Shown: positions 10,117 through 20,178 of the stretch, piece by piece | Numbering within the stretch: the stretch's first letter is position 1 | How the letters are laid out: every line of letters starts with the position of its first letter | Source: a virus | Virus record (IMG/VR): IMGVR_UViG_3300033146_005596 | Location: 32,001 to 96,000 of that record | Reading direction: 5' to 3' (one strand) | Length of the DNA: 64,000 bases | Translations under genes and position numbers: made by a program | The notes under the pieces: generated by a model | The model's input: the letters and a program-made list of their open reading frames with translations, nothing else | Told to the model about the DNA's origin: nothing | Database searches by the model: none

Positions 10117-10446
10117 ATCTCCTATGTTATTATAATAAGGGATAAATCAAGATTTTTAGTTTATCTAGAAAATTATTTTTGAAATTGAAAAGTAGTGCTG
10201 CTTTGAGGTTTTTCAATAGCAGCTGCTTTGAGGTTTTTCAAAAACTATATACTATATTAAAATATATTATTATTATAATATTTAAATTATTATAATATTA
10301 AAATTTATATATTAAGAAATTTAGGAAATTTTAAGGTATTTCATAATCTAGAAATTAAGAAATTTAAAAATATTGTAAAATGAATTTTTGCGGTTTTTCA
10401 ATATTAAAAATCCGAGTTTATCCCTTATTATAATAACATAGGAGAT
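10117..10446. promoter_or_regulatory. divergent promoter pair and candidate replication origin
   Basis: perfect 30-bp inverted repeat at 10117-10146 and 10417-10446; 20-bp direct repeats at 10197 and 10222; very AT-rich core. Confidence 0.6.
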
Positions 10447-10454
10447 TTGAAAAT

Positions 10455-11510
10455 ATGAATCAAAGAAATATATTTACACAAAAGGAAAATGAGCAATTAG
10501 TCAAACTATTAGGCCTTAAGAATATTAAATGGACTAATGACTCTGCGTTAATTAGCTGTCCTAAACATAAAGATAAAACTCCCTCTCTTTCAATAGATTT
10601 AATCAATGGTATATTCAAATGTTTTAGTTGTGGTTATAGTGGAACACTAAACCAGTTGTTTTATGATAATACTGGACAGTCTGCAAACAAAGCACTAGGA
10701 AAATCAACAAAGCTTTCAAAGTTCGATACCGTGTTTGAAAAGACATCTAATTTTGGTAGATTTTTTAACCAAGAAAAAAACAACGATTCTATAGAAGAAC
10801 TTGATGAATCAATAAACATCCTTCTTCCTAGCTTTGACTTAACGTTATTAGATAGAGAAGTACAGAGATACTTAAGAAAAAGGGGTATTTATTTAGAAAC
10901 AGCAAAAGCTATGAATTTTGGTTATATTAAAAATCAAAGTAAAGTTAATTCTATTAAGCATAATACACGTAAAATAATGACTGTCCAGAAAAGACTAGTT
11001 ATACCTATCTTTGAAAATGGTAAGCTTATATCTGCAGAGCTCAGAGATACAACAGGGCTAAGTGGGAAGAAGGTATTGTATCCAGCTGGTTCTTCTACTA
11101 ACACACTCTATAACCATTTTGAGCTAGATAAAAACTCACCTATCTACATTACAGAAGGACTTTTGGATTTAGCTGTACTAAAGAACTCATCTTTTTTCAG
11201 CAATGCGACTAGTACTTTTGGTACCAGCTCTACAACTCGCAAGCTAAATATAATGAAAACTTTTAAGCATATTGTTTTTATTCCAGATAATGATACACCT
11301 GGAAGAAAAGCAATAGAAGAAAAGTATGAAGTTCTCAAGAGCTATAATATTAAAATAGAAGTTTTAGAAGTTCCAGCGTCTATTAAAGACCCGGGAGATA
11401 TACCAAAAAAATATATATCAGTACAAAATTTATTAGATAAAGGCTGGATTGCAAAAAATACAATTTGTATAGATGACTTTTTATTTAAATACAGTCTGGG
11501 TATTTATTAA
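10455..11510 (+). CDS. DNA primase (zinc finger + TOPRIM)
   Basis: CPKHKDKTPS...FKCFSCG, ITEGLLD, PDNDTPG, KDPGD. Confidence 0.9.
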   Translation: MNQRNIFTQKENEQLVKLLGLKNIKWTNDSALISCPKHKDKTPSLSIDLINGIFKCFSCGYSGTLNQLFYDNTGQSANKALGKSTKLSKFDTVFEKTSNFGRFFNQEKNNDSIEELDESINILLPSFDLTLLDREVQRYLRKRGIYLETAKAMNFGYIKNQSKVNSIKHNTRKIMTVQKRLVIPIFENGKLISAELRDTTGLSGKKVLYPAGSSTNTLYNHFELDKNSPIYITEGLLDLAVLKNSSFFSNATSTFGTSSTTRKLNIMKTFKHIVFIPDNDTPGRKAIEEKYEVLKSYNIKIEVLEVPASIKDPGDIPKKYISVQNLLDKGWIAKNTICIDDFLFKYSLGIY

Positions 11511-11550
11511 AAGTACTAATTAAAAGAACCATAAAATGAAAGGAGATAAT

Positions 11551-11793
11551 ATGGATGTTACTAAGAAAGAGTTAATTGATTTTCTAGGAGAATGCTACAG
11601 CACTAAAGTAGGTATTGAACAACAGAGCAAAGGTATATCTGATGATGTTAAAGAGTTTGCAAAATCAGCAGGGGTTAAACCTAAAGAAATCAAGGCAGCT
11701 CTTAAAAGGTTTTCTGATTATATGAAAGGCAACATAAGTAATGATGATGACATATCAATCTATGTTGATGAATACTTTATTGAGCAGGAATAA
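11551..11793 (+). CDS. small dsDNA-binding protein (T4 DsbA-like)
   Basis: IEQQSKGISDDVKEFAKSAGVKPKEIKAALK pattern; ATG after AAGGAG. Confidence 0.45.
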   Translation: MDVTKKELIDFLGECYSTKVGIEQQSKGISDDVKEFAKSAGVKPKEIKAALKRFSDYMKGNISNDDDISIYVDEYFIEQE

Positions 11794-11798
11794 GCAAG

Positions 11799-12383
11799 AT
11801 GATATATAATAATATAGATAGTGTTAGCTATAAAAAAATATTCACTAAGAAGTTTGAGAACTTTTGCAACAAGATAGCAACCCTTGTATCTGTAACAACA
11901 TCTGAAACAGGTGTTACAGTTAAGCATGAGAACTCAGGAAAGATTTATAGATATGACTGGGATTTTGATACACCGGTTAAGATGTTTATTAAAAAAATTC
12001 ATGATGATTTAATTAACCACTTACCTATCATATTTAAAGTTGTAAAAGAAGAGTTGTCTTTGACTGAAGAAGAGAAGGAAGCAGCACTCGAAGCACAAGC
12101 CTCAGCTGTTGAGTGTGGGCTTGAACCTGAAGCAATACCTGAAAAGTACTGGCATACAGTCGAAAATACACCGTACAGAATTGAGAAGGTTATAGTAATG
12201 AAAGATATTTTTATTATTAGAAATCTAGATACTGAGCAACTTTTTCGGTACCATATGAATAAATCCTGTATTCATTTCTTAGCTAATTACAGAAAAGGAA
12301 AGTATGATACACCACAAGCTGCTGGGAATGTATTTTTTGAAACTAGTGAGCTACTTGGTGAAATAACTCCAAAAGGTGAATAA
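11799..12383 (+). CDS. hypothetical protein
   Basis: 194-aa ORF in operon. Confidence 0.6.
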   Translation: MIYNNIDSVSYKKIFTKKFENFCNKIATLVSVTTSETGVTVKHENSGKIYRYDWDFDTPVKMFIKKIHDDLINHLPIIFKVVKEELSLTEEEKEAALEAQASAVECGLEPEAIPEKYWHTVENTPYRIEKVIVMKDIFIIRNLDTEQLFRYHMNKSCIHFLANYRKGKYDTPQAAGNVFFETSELLGEITPKGE

Positions 12384-12385
12384 CA

Positions 12386-12748
12386 ATGGCAAGAAGAGAC
12401 AGCAACGATAAAAAATGGCAGGAAGTAAAAAAAGATGTAGTTCTTAGGGATATGAACATGTGCCGGTTATTAGCTGTGCTTGACTTAAAAGAGTATGCAA
12501 TTTATAATAAGTTTGCAGGTCGGAGATTTACCAAGCTAGACCCAGCTCATGTTTTTGCTGTTTCTTCTTACCCGCATCTTTGTTATGAGCTAGATAACAT
12601 AGTACTATTGAATAGGTACTCACATACAATGCTCGACAGTTGCAAAAATCCTTTAGATGGTACTAATATTTCAAAGGCAGAAAGAGATAATTGGTGGAAA
12701 AGAATAATAGGTCTGGAGTTGTATGAAAAACTTCAGTACAAAAACTAA
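12386..12748 (+). CDS. HNH-family nuclease (NinG-like)
   Basis: LDPAHVF...LCYELDNIVLLNRYSH. Confidence 0.6.
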   Translation: MARRDSNDKKWQEVKKDVVLRDMNMCRLLAVLDLKEYAIYNKFAGRRFTKLDPAHVFAVSSYPHLCYELDNIVLLNRYSHTMLDSCKNPLDGTNISKAERDNWWKRIIGLELYEKLQYKN

Positions 12749-12794
12749 AAATAGGAAAAAACCCCTTATTATAATAATATAGGAGATTAAAAAA

Positions 12795-12962
12795 ATGGCT
12801 GATAAAATAGAAATTGTTGAAGCTGGAAAAATGTTGTTACTAGATGGAGTAGCAATCTCAAAAGAAGACTTAGGAAAAAGAATGCAGGAAGTTGCAGCAG
12901 ACGCCAGAATCAGGGAAACAAAACCCGGAGTATTTAAAACCCTAAAAAGAATGCAGGAGTAG
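12795..12962 (+). CDS. small hypothetical protein (55 aa, not in ORF track)
   Basis: AGGAG RBS after a CTTATTATAATA promoter; MADKIEIVEAGK...KRMQE*. Confidence 0.6.
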   Translation: MADKIEIVEAGKMLLLDGVAISKEDLGKRMQEVAADARIRETKPGVFKTLKRMQE

Positions 12963-12964
12963 AA

Positions 12965-13906
12965 ATGTATAATGCTATTCTAATTGACGTTATGAATCTT
13001 TGTTATAGAATTTATGATAAAGATTCTGAGTCAAGCATCAAGAAAATTGATGACAAATATGTATACAAGAATTTATTAAAAGACTTCATAGTTAAAGTGG
13101 AATCAATCAAGAAGGTATATGGTCTAAAAGATACTGAGGTTTATCTATTGTTTGATAATCCTATGAGCCGAGATAAAATTCATGACTCTTTTAAGTATGT
13201 AAAAAGAAACGAAGTGTACAATCCGTACAAAGCAAACAGGATTAAAGATAAAAAAAAGGAGTTTTTTAATACTCTAAACCTCTTGAAATATTTTTATATT
13301 CTAGGTGATAAACATTATCATACAATAAAAGTACAAAACTTAGAAGCTGATGATTTTGTTAAGTCTATTCTTGAGCAGAAAACAACAGAAGATGATAAGG
13401 TTTTAATGGTTACTAATGACTTGGACTGGTGCCGTTATCTTACATGCAATGTTGCTTATTTTCCAGACTTCTCAAAAGAGCCAGTCAATGCAGATGGCTT
13501 TGAAAGAAAATATAATTATATACCTTCTGAGTTTAATCTTGTGCTTAATAAAACATTGTTTGGAGATAAGTCTGATAATATTCCAAGAGTATGTACTTTT
13601 AATGATAAATATTTTGGAGAGTTTACTATGCTAATTGAAAAGCTAGAGAGTATTGATGAATTTTGGAAAGCATTTCAAGCTGGTTTATTTGGTACCAAGA
13701 TTTATGATAAGATTAAAGATAAAGAAAGGCAGCTGCAGATAAACTTTGCAATGACTAGTGTTATTGATGTTGATAAAAATATATTAAAAACACATTTGAC
13801 AAGTGGTAGAGAGTCTAGACTTCAAGAAACACTAACTAAGAGTATTTTCGGAATTAAAAAGGCAAAGCCATTTAGTTTTAGTACAATTCAAAAACCAAGA
13901 AAATAG
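12965..13906 (+). CDS. 5'-3' exonuclease / T4 RNase H-like (FEN family)
   Basis: LIDVMN, YKANR, EADD, TNDLDW, GDKSDNIP. Confidence 0.88.
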   Translation: MYNAILIDVMNLCYRIYDKDSESSIKKIDDKYVYKNLLKDFIVKVESIKKVYGLKDTEVYLLFDNPMSRDKIHDSFKYVKRNEVYNPYKANRIKDKKKEFFNTLNLLKYFYILGDKHYHTIKVQNLEADDFVKSILEQKTTEDDKVLMVTNDLDWCRYLTCNVAYFPDFSKEPVNADGFERKYNYIPSEFNLVLNKTLFGDKSDNIPRVCTFNDKYFGEFTMLIEKLESIDEFWKAFQAGLFGTKIYDKIKDKERQLQINFAMTSVIDVDKNILKTHLTSGRESRLQETLTKSIFGIKKAKPFSFSTIQKPRK

Positions 13907-13917
13907 TGAGGTAATAA

Positions 13918-14880
13918 GTGGCTGTTATATTTGTTGGTGACCTGCATTTTTCAGATGATAAAGATTGGAAAATTGCAGTAGGACATAAAATGATTGATTG
14001 GATGAAAAACTTTCCAGAGAACAAAAAAGAAAATACTTTAGTCTTGTCTGGAGATATAACAGACAAGTCTTTAAACACTGGTACTGTTTATAAAATGCTA
14101 GAAGATTTCATTAGAGCTTGTACATTTAAAAAAATATATATTATAAAAGGTAACCATGATATACATTATAAAAATGGAGTTCAATCATATACGGGCGACC
14201 ACTTAAGAACAAATCCAAAAATTGTTATTCTGGACAAGCCTGGGGAGGTTCTCGAGATTGAAGGGTTTAAAGTACTAAGTTTGCCACATTATACATTTCT
14301 AGAGGGCTATCCAAATATGGAACACTATTATAGCAACCTCTATAAAAAAGTTAAAGAAGTTGATATAATCGCTGGTCATATATCTGATGAAAGTTTACCT
14401 TTATTTAGTAACATAGACCTGAGTAAAATAACAGCAAAGTGGAGGAGTTTAGGCCATATTCATTCACCAATGAATAATAGCTATCTTGGAAGTTTATACC
14501 CAACGTCTATATCTGAATATGCAGGTAACAGATTTTATCATAAATATGTTCATGGACAGCCAAAAGTTATTGGAAAAATTCCAATTTTACTAAAGTATGA
14601 GCAGGTTATTTACCCACAGAAAGCAAAAATAAATAAAGAGTATATTCAAGTCTTTACAGTCCTGAACTATCCAACTAAAGTCGAGGATAGCACTATCTAT
14701 AAAGATTTGTATATTAAACAAAGAATTTCAGGAAAGCTAATAGATGTTTTTGATGAAGAGCTTGGTACTAGTGATATACTAAAAGAAATAAATAGTCCAA
14801 GAGAAATTATTAACAAGTGTCTAGAAGATAATAACTTTTCTGATTCAGTTAAGCAACTAGTACGAAGCTATTTGCTCTAA
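13918..14880 (+). CDS. Mre11/SbcD-like nuclease (T4 gp47-like)
   Basis: GDLH, GDITD, GNHD, GH, GHIH, GS metallophosphoesterase motifs. Confidence 0.85.
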   Translation: MAVIFVGDLHFSDDKDWKIAVGHKMIDWMKNFPENKKENTLVLSGDITDKSLNTGTVYKMLEDFIRACTFKKIYIIKGNHDIHYKNGVQSYTGDHLRTNPKIVILDKPGEVLEIEGFKVLSLPHYTFLEGYPNMEHYYSNLYKKVKEVDIIAGHISDESLPLFSNIDLSKITAKWRSLGHIHSPMNNSYLGSLYPTSISEYAGNRFYHKYVHGQPKVIGKIPILLKYEQVIYPQKAKINKEYIQVFTVLNYPTKVEDSTIYKDLYIKQRISGKLIDVFDEELGTSDILKEINSPREIINKCLEDNNFSDSVKQLVRSYLL

Positions 14881-14891
14881 AGGAGAATAAT

Positions 14892-15248
14892 ATGAAATAT
14901 AGAGGATTTGATTTTTTCTATACTAAAAATGAGTTAAAGTTGTCTAAGAAAGATGGTATTTTAGTTGCAATGGTGATTGATGCTTGGGGACCTGTAAAAA
15001 ATGAGTTACGCAACTGCTCTTATAACTTTGAGGTTGAGCCTAAAGATGTTGATTTGTTCATACTATTTGGGGAGCAATCAGTAAAGGCAGAAATTAGACG
15101 GCTCAAGCCTAGGTTTTACGATTTTATAATAAGACTTTTTTTCAAAATATTAGCTTTTCCAGGTATACACCAAGCAGAAAAATGTTTTAAATCAATGGAC
15201 CAAAATGTTTTAAATCAATGGAGCACGGAGAGTTGGACAAATGAGTAG
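14892..15248 (+). CDS. hypothetical protein
   Basis: AGGAG RBS, 118-aa ORF. Confidence 0.55.
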   Translation: MKYRGFDFFYTKNELKLSKKDGILVAMVIDAWGPVKNELRNCSYNFEVEPKDVDLFILFGEQSVKAEIRRLKPRFYDFIIRLFFKILAFPGIHQAEKCFKSMDQNVLNQWSTESWTNE

Positions 15249-15534
15249 ACTAACATTTAAAATGTTTGATAAAGACATGGACGTATTTGATAGCTCTGAA
15301 CTTTTTTCTTTAGAAGAGATGCGCAGCTTGGAAAAACAAAATAAAAAAGAGACTAGCTTTGAACATTTAATCACTGGAAAATTACTCTATGATGATTATG
15401 GCCAATATATACTAGATTCTAACAACAACAAGCTATTAGAGATAAAGGACTTTGGGGTCTTTAAGAATGAAGAGCTACAAGATGACTTTGCAAAATTTGT
15501 AGTTAAAGCCTTAAATAAAGAACTGAACAGATAA
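15241..15534 (+). CDS. hypothetical protein
   Basis: 97-aa ORF overlapping the previous stop. Confidence 0.55.
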   Translation: MSRLTFKMFDKDMDVFDSSELFSLEEMRSLEKQNKKETSFEHLITGKLLYDDYGQYILDSNNNKLLEIKDFGVFKNEELQDDFAKFVVKALNKELNR

Positions 15535-15556
15535 TTTTTTTGGGACTTATTATAGT

Positions 15557-16654
15557 ATGAGTTACACAGAAGCAATACAATATTATAATCATGAAAACTA
15601 TGCAAATACATATTACACTAGTCAGATGGTCCTTGAGACTTTTCTGGCTAATCAATTATTTAAAGGCGATTTATCTAGAATACAATTTGCGTCTGATGCT
15701 TTTATGTTTAGAAAGCGGCTTGACTCAGTGGACAGTAAATCTGATAATTTTGTTGCTCAGAATTTAAACTTTCCTTTTATGTCCTATTGGTATCAAGGCT
15801 TTTGGGAACATGATGACAGACCGTTTGCAAAAAGTACAGCACAACGTGTACTGGGCCACGAAATTGAAATCCAAGGACAAAACATGAAAGCTATGGCTGT
15901 AAAAACTACAATGAAGTTTACTGTCATGTTTAGTAGAGATGATGATGCAAGGCTAGCTAATGAGATTTTAATGTGGACTCAAGGACCTATAGATATTAGA
16001 TTAAAATCAACTATTCTTTGGAAAAATACCCCAATTGAGCTGCCCTCTTTCTTTAAAATAGATAAGATAGCTTATAATGATAAAGCATATAATGAGGTTG
16101 ATTGGCTAGAAAAAAATAGGATTATTCCTATCACCTTTGAAGTTGTTTTGAGAACTTATGTACTGGGCCCTAACACACAAGACTCTGGACAGTATGTAAA
16201 AGAAGGAAATACTTTTAATTTAACTGAAGAATCAACTTTACAGTTTATAGCTGGAAAAAACTTGTCGGACGACCCAGAAATGATAGAAGATACAGTACAT
16301 GCTTATTTTAACCCTGAGGTTGCCATTACCCTGGATAATGTTTGGATTGATAATCAGGAAACAAATGCCCTAACTTTAAACTGGAGCTACACTGAAGATG
16401 TGCCAGACTCAGTGGGGAAAATTAAAATAGTTGGTAATGGCATCGAAACAATAGAAATTACTGATGATATAATCACAACAATGTCCCAGATAATAACTGG
16501 ATTGAAATCTAATAGCACTTACCGTTTTCATATTTATTTTTATTTAACTAATGGTCAGGTAACTATGCAAGGTGTTAATGGTACCACACTTTTCGACCCA
16601 GAAGAACCAGGAAAGCTAGGACAACTAGAAGACGCAATAGGATTCAAGTTTTAA
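15557..16654 (+). CDS. putative tail terminator (gp15-like) with C-terminal FN3 domain
   Basis: immediately upstream of sheath; FPFMS motif; LTLNW...ITGLKSNSTYRF FN3 signature. Confidence 0.55.
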   Translation: MSYTEAIQYYNHENYANTYYTSQMVLETFLANQLFKGDLSRIQFASDAFMFRKRLDSVDSKSDNFVAQNLNFPFMSYWYQGFWEHDDRPFAKSTAQRVLGHEIEIQGQNMKAMAVKTTMKFTVMFSRDDDARLANEILMWTQGPIDIRLKSTILWKNTPIELPSFFKIDKIAYNDKAYNEVDWLEKNRIIPITFEVVLRTYVLGPNTQDSGQYVKEGNTFNLTEESTLQFIAGKNLSDDPEMIEDTVHAYFNPEVAITLDNVWIDNQETNALTLNWSYTEDVPDSVGKIKIVGNGIETIEITDDIITTMSQIITGLKSNSTYRFHIYFYLTNGQVTMQGVNGTTLFDPEEPGKLGQLEDAIGFKF

Positions 16655-16719
16655 TACTATTTAAAAATATGACTAATTATAGTATAAGAACCTATACATA
16701 AAGAGGAGATAAATAAAGT

Positions 16720-18546
16720 ATGGAAACATATAGAGTAAAGTTTACAGATATAGACTCAAGCGAGATATTTTTGGATGAGGCTAAAGGACTAAAAGGCTTT
16801 TTTAATATTTCAGCACCTAAAGGTAATAAAGCAGGATTCCTTTTTCCAAAAGGAGCTGAAGCAACTATTAAAAGACTTATTGGTTATCCTAGTGCAACTT
16901 ACCCAGCTATCCAAGATGTTATTGATTATAACGCAAAATATAGCTGTTATATTGCAGCTCCTACTATTGAAACAACTAAAAAAGGATATGCAGCTATTAC
17001 ACAGTTTGGAGTTTATCCATTCCAATCAGTAGATGGTGATATTTCAGGAGTTGGTGAAGAGTCTGTGGTTCCTATCATAGATGGAGAAGATGGTGCTACA
17101 GTTGCACCTATTGCTGATACTTCAGTAACTATAACACTAACTGCAGATGCTTATGCTAAATATAGTAAGATTTCAGGTTTAAAAGTTAAATTAAACAGTG
17201 TAACAGCCGTTGATTTTGCTGATTTTAATGAGACTACTTTTGACCTAACTATTGATGATGCAACGCTAGATGTTGATAATTATACATTAGATTGGCTGGT
17301 ACCAATTACAGCAGCTAATACACTATTTACTATCTCTCAGGTATCACCAACAGCTTTACCATTAAGAGTAAATATAACCGATTTACAATTTGTTGATACA
17401 GCAGCAGCTGGGTTAGATGCAGCAAAGACTAAGTTCGATTTGAAACTTTCTTATGTTGAAGATAATTATCCAAACAAATATGTATCTCAGGAGATTAGTG
17501 GAAACTTAGACTTTACTTCTGAGTTAGAAGATGGAACTAAAAACTATATTGGTGACAAGATTTCAGAGTACTCTTCTATTGAAATTGCTAATATTAACTT
17601 GGAAATACCTATTGAGACAGGCTATACTTCTTTAACTGGAAGTACAACTATAGCAGGGGAAGCAAGAAATACTTCAGACGTTGCAGCAAACTGGGTTGAG
17701 GGACAGAAAGATATTTATGATGATGTCAAAGTATTTATGGACCCTGAGGGAACTTTAACAGAAGAAACAGCAACTTCTTTAAGAGCTAATAACCAAACCT
17801 CAAGTATTATTTCTATTTTTAACAATTACTCAGTTTTAGAAGGTACTAAGCTATCAAAGGCTGATTCTGAAGTTATTTTGACTGGAACACCTCAGCCTAT
17901 TAAAGGAATAAAAGGCTTTGTACAATATCATAATAAGTTTAAAATATCTGAGTCTTTTACTAATACTAGCTATTGGACATCGTTTATTGGTAAAATTGGT
18001 GTTAAGCTGTCAGACATAATGGTAAAAGCACTAGGAGGAGCGTCTCCTATGTTTTTAGATGATGCAAGAGGCTTAGGTGGTCAGTTAGATGTAGACTTTG
18101 ATAAAATCTTTTATACTTATTCTGAAGATGCTCAGAAAAACTTTGATAAGATTGGTGTTAATGCTATATTCTGGGATAAAAATTATGGTGTATACATTGG
18201 CGGACAAAAAACATCTTTTTCAAGAGTTGGAGTTATATCTGACTGGGGCTACATCGGACATTCAATGGCTTTTGATATTTTTAGAGATAGTGTTAAACAA
18301 ACAGTTCTTATACCTCAAATAGGAAAAGCATTAAGCCCTAAATATTATGAGATTCGAGGAGACCAAATGGCTAAGCTAATCAGTCAGCGGGTTGATGGAA
18401 CTAATCCTATCTGGGCTTCAGCAAGATATGAACATGTGAATAAAGACCAAAATAAAGCTCTAAGAAAGTATGTTGTAAAAGTTTGGGTTAAGGTTTATCC
18501 TTTTGCTGAAGAGACCGAACTAATTTTTGAGAATGAAGCACAATAA
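16720..18546 (+). CDS. tail sheath protein
   Basis: 608 aa; C-terminal GVNAIF..GVYIGGQKT...VWVKVYPFAEETELIF sheath signature; precedes tube gene. Confidence 0.85.
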   Translation: METYRVKFTDIDSSEIFLDEAKGLKGFFNISAPKGNKAGFLFPKGAEATIKRLIGYPSATYPAIQDVIDYNAKYSCYIAAPTIETTKKGYAAITQFGVYPFQSVDGDISGVGEESVVPIIDGEDGATVAPIADTSVTITLTADAYAKYSKISGLKVKLNSVTAVDFADFNETTFDLTIDDATLDVDNYTLDWLVPITAANTLFTISQVSPTALPLRVNITDLQFVDTAAAGLDAAKTKFDLKLSYVEDNYPNKYVSQEISGNLDFTSELEDGTKNYIGDKISEYSSIEIANINLEIPIETGYTSLTGSTTIAGEARNTSDVAANWVEGQKDIYDDVKVFMDPEGTLTEETATSLRANNQTSSIISIFNNYSVLEGTKLSKADSEVILTGTPQPIKGIKGFVQYHNKFKISESFTNTSYWTSFIGKIGVKLSDIMVKALGGASPMFLDDARGLGGQLDVDFDKIFYTYSEDAQKNFDKIGVNAIFWDKNYGVYIGGQKTSFSRVGVISDWGYIGHSMAFDIFRDSVKQTVLIPQIGKALSPKYYEIRGDQMAKLISQRVDGTNPIWASARYEHVNKDQNKALRKYVVKVWVKVYPFAEETELIFENEAQ

Positions 18547-18563
18547 AGGGAGATTAGAAAATA

Positions 18564-19124
18564 ATGGGAAATAACGTTAAAAGTTTAATAGACTTAGCAG
18601 CTGATTCTGCTAAAAATATGTTTGATGTGTCAATTACTGATTCTGCTATCTTAGCAGGTATAGACACTAATGACGAGCTTAGATTCAGAGCTCAAGGGTT
18701 TACTGTTAAAGAGCCTAAGGCCTCAACCTATGATGTTGATTATAAAACTGTAAAGATTCAGAAGCCTAAGCCTAAAATTGACCTAGACAGAACAATTACT
18801 TTAAAAGTTCGGTTAGATGCTAACTTCGGTTTTTATGACGGTTTCAAGCAGCTAGAGAACAAAGTTTTTGATGGCGAGACTGGTTTTGCAACTAGCAAGA
18901 TGCCAGATACTGGGGATAGATTTACCTTAAAATGTAAATATCTTAACAAAGCTGCGGAAACTGTTGCAGATATAAATGATGAGATTATGAATGGTCGAAT
19001 CTGGAAGTATTCAGACTGCTGGGTATCAGCTATTAACGAGCTTGGTTTTGACCAGAAATCAGCAGACCCTTTTGAGATTGAAGCTACCATCAAGTTTGGT
19101 AACTATGAAATGATAGTGGATTAA
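18564..19124 (+). CDS. tail tube protein (gp19-like)
   Basis: 186 aa after sheath; WKYSDCWVSAINELGFD...EIEATIKF. Confidence 0.8.
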   Translation: MGNNVKSLIDLAADSAKNMFDVSITDSAILAGIDTNDELRFRAQGFTVKEPKASTYDVDYKTVKIQKPKPKIDLDRTITLKVRLDANFGFYDGFKQLENKVFDGETGFATSKMPDTGDRFTLKCKYLNKAAETVADINDEIMNGRIWKYSDCWVSAINELGFDQKSADPFEIEATIKFGNYEMIVD

Positions 19125-19141
19125 ATTTATTTTACAGTCTA

Positions 19142-19177
19142 AAAAGACTTAGTACTACAAAGGGTACTAGGTCTTTT
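19142..19177 (+). terminator. intrinsic terminator
   Basis: AAAAGACTTAGTAC-loop-GTACTAGGTCTTTT after the tube gene. Confidence 0.7.
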
Positions 19178-19217
19178 ATTATATATGGCTTCTTTATAAA
19201 ATTCAACTAATTATAAT

Positions 19218-19754
19218 ATGAGTAATACAATTAGAAATGATATAACACAATTATTAGATATAGCTTTATCTGCAAAAAACATGTATTCAATAGACTTCAG
19301 CAATGCTTGGAGTTCTAATACAAAGTATTTAGCACAAAATTTTATACTAGGTGGATTCAAATTTAATTTTGAACAAAATAAAATATCTGGTTTACCAATG
19401 TTTAAAGGATTTGATTTTAATAACTCAGTATCGTTTACTTTTGACGAACAAGAATACCACAATATTTTAAAGGACCACCTGGACTGGATTAATTCTTGGT
19501 GGAATTTTAAAGATAGATGCTTTAAAACAAATATTAAAAATAAAATTGAAACAGACCTAAAAGTTAGAATAATTAGAGTTGATTCATCTGGCCAAGAAGT
19601 AAACATAGGCACAATTTCGCTTGAAGGTGTTGTTTATACAGGTGAGACCTCGCTGCTATCTGGTGATTGGAGTAGTTCAAATCCACATCAAAGAAAGTTT
19701 TCTTATTTATATAAAAAGTTGACCATTGAGCTAGAGGAGAGTTCTAATGAATAA
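19218..19754 (+). CDS. tail-tube-fold baseplate/tube initiator-like protein
   Basis: size, position and tube-like pattern (FTFDE...DWINSW). Confidence 0.45.
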   Translation: MSNTIRNDITQLLDIALSAKNMYSIDFSNAWSSNTKYLAQNFILGGFKFNFEQNKISGLPMFKGFDFNNSVSFTFDEQEYHNILKDHLDWINSWWNFKDRCFKTNIKNKIETDLKVRIIRVDSSGQEVNIGTISLEGVVYTGETSLLSGDWSSSNPHQRKFSYLYKKLTIELEESSNE

Positions 19755-20178
19755 AAGTGTATTACGTGGTAAAAATGAGCTTTTACAAAAAAAGTTTATT
19801 AACAATATATCTTTTGTTGATTTAAACTTTAAATACATCCATGGTGGAGATATTTCTCTATACAAAGGTGATGCTCTAGAAAATGCTGTTTTATTATGGT
19901 TAACCAGTGGTCCATATGATTATTATGATAACCCTGGAAAAGGTGGACCACTAGATAAAATTAGTGTTGGAACTTTGATGAGTCCTGAAAGTATAACTGG
20001 ATTTGAAAATAGGTTTATTGCAGAGTTTGATGAAGTTTTTGGGGATAAGTTTACTTTAGTACAAGTGAGCTTAAAACCTGATTTGAAACATAAAAAGTTT
20101 AAATTGTATATAATTGTTTTTGATATTCTTTCAAAAGCATACAGTGAATTTAATATAAACTTGAGGGAAGATAGTTGA
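19747..20178 (+). CDS. gp25-like baseplate wedge / sheath initiator
   Basis: DISL..GDALENAVLLWLTSGPYDY..NP..GG motif; precedes gp6-like gene. Confidence 0.7.
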   Translation: MNKSVLRGKNELLQKKFINNISFVDLNFKYIHGGDISLYKGDALENAVLLWLTSGPYDYYDNPGKGGPLDKISVGTLMSPESITGFENRFIAEFDEVFGDKFTLVQVSLKPDLKHKKFKLYIIVFDILSKAYSEFNINLREDS

